A stretch of 32,797 nt of DNA. Source: Pseudomonadota bacterium. GTDB lineage: Bacteria > Pseudomonadota > Alphaproteobacteria > Rhizobiales > CALHAX01. The notes beneath the pieces are model-generated. The model did not search any database, had not been told where the DNA came from, and saw only the letters and a list, made by a program, of their open reading frames with translations. Made by a program: the position numbers and the translations under genes. The stretch spans positions 1 through 32,797 of the forward strand of contig JBCBJG010000003.1 in assembly GCA_038523655.1 (NCBI GenBank). The letters run 5' to 3'. Positions 26,960-32,797 of the stretch are shown piece after piece (position 1 is the first letter of the stretch; each line of letters opens with the position of its first letter).

Positions 26960-28363
26960 ATGAACATCATGGCCAATCTGCCACCGACGGCAGAGCTCCA
27001 GGCGCGCGATGCAGCGCATCATTTGCATCCGTTTACCGATACGGCCGAGCTGAATGCCCGCGGCGCCCGCGTCATCACGCAGGCGGAGGGCGTTTATCTC
27101 TTCGACAGCGATGGCAACAAGGTGCTCGACGGGATGGCCGGGCTTTGGTGCGTCAACGCCGGCTACGGCCGCAGCGAGATCGCCGATGCCGCCCATCGCC
27201 AGATGGTCCAACTGCCATACTACAACACGTTCTTCTCCACGACCCACCCACCGGCGATCGCTCTTGCCGAAAAGCTTGCCAGCATCGCCCCGGCGCACAT
27301 GAACCGTGTGTTCTTCGGGGTCAGCGGATCGGATGCGAACGACACGAACGTGCGCCTTGTCCGCCACTACTGGGCGAGCGTCGGCGAGCCGGAGAAAAAA
27401 GTGATCATCGCCCGGCGAAACGCGTACCACGGATCGACGATGGCCGCCGCGAGCTTGGGCGGCATGGGCTACATGCACGCCCAGGGCGGCATGCCGATCC
27501 CGGACATCGTCCACATCGATCAGCCCTATGTGTTCGGCGAGGCCGAAGGCATGGACCCCGATGAGTTCGGCCTCGCCTGCGCGCGTCAGCTCGAAGCCAA
27601 GATCGACGAATTGGGCGAAGGCCGCGTTGCCGCGTTCATCGGCGAGCCGGTCCAGGGCGCAGGCGGTGTGATCATCCCACCGGATACCTACTGGCCGGAG
27701 ATCGAACGCATTTGCCGCGAACGCAATATTCTTCTCATCTCCGATGAGGTGATTTGCGGCTTCGGGCGGCTCGGGCATTGGTTCGGTTGCCAACACTACG
27801 ACATCGCGCCGGACGTCATCACGATCGCCAAGGGTCTTTCGTCCGGCTACCTGCCGATCGCGGGGACAATCGTCAGCGACCGTGTGGTCGAGGGGCTCGA
27901 AGCCGGGGGCGAGTTCAATCACGGCTACACTTACTCAGGCCATCCGGCCGCCTGCGCCGCCGCCCTCGCCAACCTGGAGATCTTCGATCGCGAAGGCCTC
28001 GTTGCCCGCGTCGCCGACGACATCGGTCCTTACTTTCGGGAGCAATGGCTGTCGCTCGGCGACCATGAGATCGTCGGCGAGGCCCGCGCGATCGGACTGC
28101 TCGGCGCCATCGAACTCGTGGCCGACAAATCGACCAACCGTCTGTTCGATGACCCGGGCGCCGTCGGATCACACTGCCGAAACCGTGCCCTCGAAGCCGG
28201 GCTCGTCATGCGCGCGGTCCAGTCGAGGATGGTGATTTCTCCTCCGTTGATCATCACCTGTGATCAGGTGGACGAACTCGTCACAAAAGCCCGCATAGCG
28301 CTCGATCACACGGCGAAAGACATGTCGGCGCATATGACCGGCGGCCATGCGGCTGTCGACTGA
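26960..28363 (+). CDS. Class III aminotransferase, putrescine--pyruvate transaminase (SpuC-like)
   Basis: 'HHLHPFTD', 'DGMAGLWCVNAGYGR', 'AYHGST', 'GEPVQGAGGVIIPP', 'DEVICGFGR', 'IAKGLSSGYLP' and 'HGYTYSGHP'. Confidence 0.93.
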   Translation: MNIMANLPPTAELQARDAAHHLHPFTDTAELNARGARVITQAEGVYLFDSDGNKVLDGMAGLWCVNAGYGRSEIADAAHRQMVQLPYYNTFFSTTHPPAIALAEKLASIAPAHMNRVFFGVSGSDANDTNVRLVRHYWASVGEPEKKVIIARRNAYHGSTMAAASLGGMGYMHAQGGMPIPDIVHIDQPYVFGEAEGMDPDEFGLACARQLEAKIDELGEGRVAAFIGEPVQGAGGVIIPPDTYWPEIERICRERNILLISDEVICGFGRLGHWFGCQHYDIAPDVITIAKGLSSGYLPIAGTIVSDRVVEGLEAGGEFNHGYTYSGHPAACAAALANLEIFDREGLVARVADDIGPYFREQWLSLGDHEIVGEARAIGLLGAIELVADKSTNRLFDDPGAVGSHCRNRALEAGLVMRAVQSRMVISPPLIITCDQVDELVTKARIALDHTAKDMSAHMTGGHAAVD

Positions 28364-28391
28364 CGCACAGCCTCGATGAGCAAGAGATAAA

Positions 28392-29771
28392 ATGAGCGGA
28401 GCGTCCCGCGGTCTGCTCTTTGCGCCGGACCAGTCGCCGGGCGCCTATCCGCCGTCGTGGTACGCCGCGCAGCTGCTGGGGCGAGCAAATCCACCCGCTG
28501 TACGGTCAGCTGCCGTCGGAGATTTACGCGCGGATGTCTGCGTCGTCGGCGGGGGGCTGACGGGCGTCTCAGCGGCGCTCGATCTCGCGGATGCCGGCCG
28601 CCGCGTTATCCTCCTCGAAGCGCATCGCATTGGCTGGGGCGCGTCGGGACGAAACGGCGGGCAGCTCGGCAGCGGTCTCAACATGGGCCAGGCGGCGCTC
28701 GCAAAGCGCATCGGTCCGCACGACGCGCAGCATGTTTGGGAGATCACGGAAGCTGCCAAGGCCCTCGCTATCGAGCGGATCACGAGCCACGACATCGCGT
28801 GCGACCTCACCCCCGGCATCGCCCACGTCGTTTATGCACCGAACCACAAAGCCAGTCGCGACGACGCGTGGCCCGGCCGCGACGAGGTGGTGCGGGACGT
28901 CGCTTACCTCGCGCAAACCCACGGCTATGACCGCCTCGACGTGCTCGACACAGCGGCCGTTCAAGATCGGATCGCAAGTCCTTGCTATGTCGGCGGGACG
29001 CTCGACCACGGCGCCTGGCACGTCGACCCGCTCGCCTATGTGACGGGGCTTGCCGACGCAGCGGAAGCCGCCGGAGCGACGATCCACGAGGCCAGCCCGG
29101 CGGTCCGCATCACCCCGCGCTCTGCGACCACCCCGCATGCCCGCGTCGATACCCCAGCCTCGACCGTCACCGCGGACCATGTGATCGTCGCCTGCAATGG
29201 CTATCTCGACGACCTCGTGCCGCGCATCGCGAGACGCGTGATGCCCATCAATAACTTCATCGCGGCGACAGAGCCACTCGGTGCGGAAGCCGCCGAGGAT
29301 CTGATCGCCGGCAACATCGCCGTCGCGGACAGCAACTTCGTGATCAATTATTTCCGTCGTTCGTCGGATCATCGTCTGCTGTTTGGCGGGGGAGAAAATT
29401 ACTCCTATCGCTTCCCGCGGGACATCGCTGCGCTCGTGCGCAAACCGTTGGGTCGCATATTTCCGCAGCTCGCCGATGTGCGGATAGATCACGCGTGGGG
29501 TGGCACGCTCGCGATCACGAGCTCTCGCCTGCCGCTATTTCGCCAACCCGCCTCGGGCCTGTGGTCAGCCAGCGGCTTTTCCGGCCACGGCGTGGCGCTC
29601 GCGCCCATGGCAGGGCGATTGATTGCAAAAGCCATCGAAGGCGAGACGAACGGCTTCGACGTCATGTCTCGCCTCCCGACGCTCCCATTCCCCGGCGGCC
29701 GTCACCTCCGCCACCCGCTTCTCGTCCTCGCGATGAGTTGGTACGCACTGCGCGACCGACTGGGTGTCTAA
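28392..29771 (+). CDS. FAD-dependent oxidoreductase, gamma-glutamylputrescine oxidase (PuuB-like)
   Basis: 'YPPSWYAA', 'DVCVVGGGLTG', 'GWGASGRNGGQ', 'ACNGYL', 'ATEPL', 'LLFGG', 'WGGTL', 'GFSGHGV' and 'FPGG'. Confidence 0.9.
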   Translation: MSGASRGLLFAPDQSPGAYPPSWYAAQLLGRANPPAVRSAAVGDLRADVCVVGGGLTGVSAALDLADAGRRVILLEAHRIGWGASGRNGGQLGSGLNMGQAALAKRIGPHDAQHVWEITEAAKALAIERITSHDIACDLTPGIAHVVYAPNHKASRDDAWPGRDEVVRDVAYLAQTHGYDRLDVLDTAAVQDRIASPCYVGGTLDHGAWHVDPLAYVTGLADAAEAAGATIHEASPAVRITPRSATTPHARVDTPASTVTADHVIVACNGYLDDLVPRIARRVMPINNFIAATEPLGAEAAEDLIAGNIAVADSNFVINYFRRSSDHRLLFGGGENYSYRFPRDIAALVRKPLGRIFPQLADVRIDHAWGGTLAITSSRLPLFRQPASGLWSASGFSGHGVALAPMAGRLIAKAIEGETNGFDVMSRLPTLPFPGGRHLRHPLLVLAMSWYALRDRLGV

Positions 29772-30370
29772 CCCACCAGCGCAACCTGTTCACCCGCACG
29801 GATCACCGCCGCATCCCAAGGCTTGCGAGAGAAAACCTCCGCAACCATCGGCGCGAAGTGTTCGAGTGGGTGCCAATTATAGTCCGGATCGAACGCGGAC
29901 TGGTCCCAGCGTTCGGTGAAGGCGATGCCGGTCTCGTAGTATGGGTGGTCAGTATAGTTTTTCCGGGCTTCGCGGTCCGCGCCGATCAGATGGCCATAAT
30001 AGTACATCTGGAAAATACCGTGCGTGCGCAGGGTCCAGGTGCACTCCTCGCGCAGATACGGCGCGCCGATCACGGCGGCGAGACTGTCGTGGTTGTGTGG
30101 CGCGAGGCCGTCGCCGATGTCATGGATCAGTGCGGTGACGATCCAATCGAGATCCGCCCCGTCGCGCTCTGCCATCGTCGCGGAGATCAATGAGTGCTCG
30201 AGCCGCGACACCTGATATCCGGAAAGCCCCTCGTCCAGTTCGCGCAGCTCCCGGAGAATCCGGGCGGGCAGCTTGGCGGTGAATTTCTCTTCGAGTTCGT
30301 CGAGCAGCGCGTAGTCGGCCGCGGTTCCGTCCTTCATCTGGCGGAAAGATACCATTCGCGACTGGTCCAT
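29768..30370 (-). CDS. HD-domain protein with a PhnZ-like metal-ligand pattern
   Basis: GGAG upstream of ATG 30370; 200 aa. Motifs 'RLEHSL', 'ALIHDIGD', 'APHNH', 'RTHG' and 'ERWDQSAFDP'. Its stop codon overlaps the stop of the PuuB-like gene. Confidence 0.85.
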   Translation of the reverse strand: MDQSRMVSFRQMKDGTAADYALLDELEEKFTAKLPARILRELRELDEGLSGYQVSRLEHSLISATMAERDGADLDWIVTALIHDIGDGLAPHNHDSLAAVIGAPYLREECTWTLRTHGIFQMYYYGHLIGADREARKNYTDHPYYETGIAFTERWDQSAFDPDYNWHPLEHFAPMVAEVFSRKPWDAAVIRAGEQVALVG

Positions 30371-30515
30371 CACATTCTCCGGTTGCCTCGGCGGCGTCTC
30401 TCGGGCGGTGCGTGTGCACCCGTTTGAGATTGACGGGTGATCGACGTGTTTGGCAAGCCGGGGGCGACCCCACCAACAGGGATCATCAAGCACCCGCAGG
30501 GCAGGTTTGGCAGCG

Positions 30516-31580
30516 ATGAATGCAGAAGCGCCAACCCCCCGGGCCGTTGAAGCGGGGCAGCCGGACCGCGCCATGCGCGCTGGGCTCGCCTATGCGATCG
30601 GTGCAGCGTTCTTCCTGAGCGTCAACAACACCGCCTTGTCGCCTTACTATGCCGCCGGCGGAACAATCGCCGCGATGATGTTTGCGCGGTACGCATTCTA
30701 CTGCGGCGCCGTCGGGCTCGCCTGCCGGGCTTCGGGGCATTCTCTTGCGGTCCCCCGTGAGGACCGCCTGCGCGTCAGCATCATCGGCCTGCTTTACGCC
30801 GGCGGTATTCTCTCCCTTTTGACCGCGTTCACGCGCATCCCGATCCCGCTCGCCGTGCTGGTACTTTATCTGTTCCCGATCTTCACCACGCTGTTGATCG
30901 CCGCGCTGGATCGGCGTCTTCCCGGCCCGCTATTTCTTGCCTGCCTCACAGCGGCGCTTGCGGGCCTTGCGATCGCACTCGAAGTCACCGACCTGCGGCA
31001 TGAGCCGGTCGGGCTCGCGGCAGCAGTCTTCGCGGCGGCCGGGTTTGCATTGACCTTCGTCCTGAGCGGGCGCTGGTTCCGTGACGTCCCTGCGATGGTG
31101 CTCTCTTACCGTATTTCGCTCCCGGGCCTCGGAGCCATGACCCTTCTTTTTGTCGGCTGGCTGCTGCTCGCAAACTCAGGTGCCTTAAGCGCCCCGAGTG
31201 CCCCGAGCGCCGCAAGCGATCTGGGCACTGCCGGCGCTGCGGTCGCCTCGGGTGCGCTGCGGGGGAGTGGGGGCCTGCAGACCGGTCTGCCGGCAACGGT
31301 ATCCGGCGCCCTTGCCGGTGCGCTCGCCGTTGCGGCCTACACGCTCGGCATCCTGACGATGTTCATGGCGCTCGCACGCGTCGGCGGTCCATCGACCGCC
31401 ATGGCCATGAACCTGGAGCCGATCTTAACGCTTGCGCTCGTCGCATATTTCCTCCGCGAGCCGCTTTCCGCAGCGAATGTGCTCGGCGCGGTCATCGTTG
31501 TCGGCGCTGTCATCATCGCGGAACGCGCTGGCCGAAAGCCTGGACCAGCAACGCCGGCCGAGGTGTCCGGCGGATCATGA
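30516..31580 (+). CDS. DMT/EamA family transporter
   Basis: About 10 TM segments in two repeats, with 'LYLFPIFT' and 'MNLEPILT'. Start uncertain (30516 or 30573). Confidence 0.88.
   Translation: MNAEAPTPRAVEAGQPDRAMRAGLAYAIGAAFFLSVNNTALSPYYAAGGTIAAMMFARYAFYCGAVGLACRASGHSLAVPREDRLRVSIIGLLYAGGILSLLTAFTRIPIPLAVLVLYLFPIFTTLLIAALDRRLPGPLFLACLTAALAGLAIALEVTDLRHEPVGLAAAVFAAAGFALTFVLSGRWFRDVPAMVLSYRISLPGLGAMTLLFVGWLLLANSGALSAPSAPSAASDLGTAGAAVASGALRGSGGLQTGLPATVSGALAGALAVAAYTLGILTMFMALARVGGPSTAMAMNLEPILTLALVAYFLREPLSAANVLGAVIVVGAVIIAERAGRKPGPATPAEVSGGS
31188..31217 (+). repeat. Degenerate 9-bp tandem repeat (SAP SAP SAA S) in an EamA loop
   Basis: AGCGCCCCG AGTGCCCCG AGCGCCGCA AGC. Confidence 0.75.
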
Positions 31581-32581
31581 ATGCGCGCCCTGCGTCCCCT
31601 GCGCGCTCTGCGTCTTGGGCGTCACGGCGCGTACTGCTCGGCTGCGTGCTCGCCGCCGGTGCCGCGTTGGCGATCAGTATCTCGAATATTTCCCTCCCAT
31701 CCGTGTATGCGTATGGCGGTGATATCCAGACCTTCCTTTTCGCGCGCTACGGCCTCGCGTTCGCAATCGCCATCGTCGCGCTTGCCGTCGGCGCCCATCG
31801 TGCAGCATCGACGTCGGCCGGCGCACAATCAGGCGCCCGACCCGCTACCTTCCGATGCTCCGCATCCGAAACCGGCATTGCGACGAACCTCACAGCGTTG
31901 ACCGCCGGCGTTCTTTATGGCCTCGGCGCCCTCCTGACGCTGGGTGCGATTGCGTACATCCCCGTCACGCTCGCAATTTTGATCCTCTTCACATTCCCCG
32001 CACTGACGCGTCTCCTCGAAGCAGCGATCGAGCGCACGGTCCCGACGCTGGGCGAAACGCTGGTCCTCGTAACCGCCCTTGCCGGGGTGGCGCTCGCGCT
32101 GGATGTTTCGTTTGCGGACCTCGATCGGCGCGGTCTCGCCATGGCGGCGGGCGGGCCGGTCTGCGTCGCCGCTTCTTTTGTTCTGAGCGAGCGCCGGCTG
32201 AACCACGTCGAGGCCTGGCGGGCGACGGCCCTGCTCTCCCTCGGCGGCCTACTCGTCGCATCCACATTTGCGGCGGCAAACGGCGCGTTCGCGCTGCCGT
32301 CCGAGCCCGGGGTGCTGGCATTCGGCCTCGCGATCGCCGGAAGTACTGCCGCATTCATCGCGATGTTCGCCGCTATCCGTTTCGCGAGCGCGGCGCTGAC
32401 GGCGATGCTGCTCAACCTCGAACCGGTGCTCACGATGGCGCTGGCGATCGTCGTGATCGGGGAGCCAGTCGGGCCACTACGGATCGCCGGTGCCGCGCTC
32501 GTGGTCGGCTCCGTGGTGATCGCGACGCTGCGTTCCGGTCGACGAGCGCCGCGAGGCAACGGACGCGGAAAGAAAATCTGA
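31577..32581 (+). CDS. DMT/EamA family transporter (paralogue of the upstream gene)
   Basis: ATGA overlap with the upstream gene. 'YAYGG...LFARY', 'IPVTLAILILFTFP' and 'LNLEPVLT' parallel motifs in the upstream EamA. Confidence 0.88.
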   Translation: MNARPASPARSASWASRRVLLGCVLAAGAALAISISNISLPSVYAYGGDIQTFLFARYGLAFAIAIVALAVGAHRAASTSAGAQSGARPATFRCSASETGIATNLTALTAGVLYGLGALLTLGAIAYIPVTLAILILFTFPALTRLLEAAIERTVPTLGETLVLVTALAGVALALDVSFADLDRRGLAMAAGGPVCVAASFVLSERRLNHVEAWRATALLSLGGLLVASTFAAANGAFALPSEPGVLAFGLAIAGSTAAFIAMFAAIRFASAALTAMLLNLEPVLTMALAIVVIGEPVGPLRIAGAALVVGSVVIATLRSGRRAPRGNGRGKKI

Positions 32582-32593
32582 CCGGGGTCGGCG

Positions 32594-32797
32594 ATGATCG
32601 AGCAGCCTGCCACAAATATCGACATCATGGGCGACGCGTTTCGTCGAGATCCCGGCCCGCCGTGTCAGGTGTTGCGGGAGCAGGGCGCGCTTGTTGCGTC
32701 CCGCCTGCCGCTGGTCGGTGCGGTCCACCTTGCAACGCACTACGCCGCGGTGGATGAGGCGCTCAAACATCCCGACCTCTCCGTCGACTTCCTGACC
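32594..32797 (+). CDS. Cytochrome P450, N-terminal fragment running off the window
   Basis: Not in the ORF track. My translation is MIEQPATNIDIMGDAFRRDPGPPCQVLREQGALVASRLPLVGAVHLATHYAAVDEALKHPDLSVDFLT, which fits the bacterial P450 N-terminal pattern F..DP.P....LR..G......P..G....T.Y..V...L..P.LS. The heme-binding Cys lies outside the window. Confidence 0.7.
   Translation, partial: MIEQPATNIDIMGDAFRRDPGPPCQVLREQGALVASRLPLVGAVHLATHYAAVDEALKHPDLSVDFLT

Noticed and set aside
1-32797. CRISPR array, IS or integrase, tRNA/rRNA, or a shared palindromic element inside the protein loop insertions
   Set aside because: No regularly spaced repeats, transposase or recombinase motifs, or structural RNA signatures were seen. 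The loop insertions do not resemble each other in sequence.

Overview
GC-rich alphaproteobacterial chromosome segment, probably Hyphomicrobiales, judged from the conserved lgt-MidA-pgeF-lipoprotein-prs and ubiK-ybjN-proC gene order. It is mostly core or metabolic DNA. In order it holds: an ECF sigma factor with a YfbK-like membrane partner; prs; a lipoprotein; pgeF; a MidA methyltransferase; lgt; ubiK; a YbjN-family gene; proC; an isolated crtY; fhs; a KAS III; an AT-richer DUF1036-like gene broken by a 5-bp duplication; an unknown exported protein; a divergent SHMT-family enzyme; ubiB; speB; manC; DUF3253 and DUF4864 genes; a four-gene gamma-glutamylation (polyamine-type) catabolic operon; a PhnZ-like HD protein; two EamA transporters; and the start of a cytochrome P450. 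I found no rRNA, tRNA, CRISPR array, transposase or integrase. No clearly new system can be shown from sequence alone. The best leads are (i) the HD-oxygenase/EamA-EamA-P450 divergon beside the amine-catabolism operon, (ii) the VWA-less YfbK-type anti-sigma candidate, (iii) the 5-bp-duplication pseudogene together with a window-wide pattern of short tandem duplications, and (iv) the non-canonical SHMT. Family calls come from motif recognition by eye; no database searches were run.
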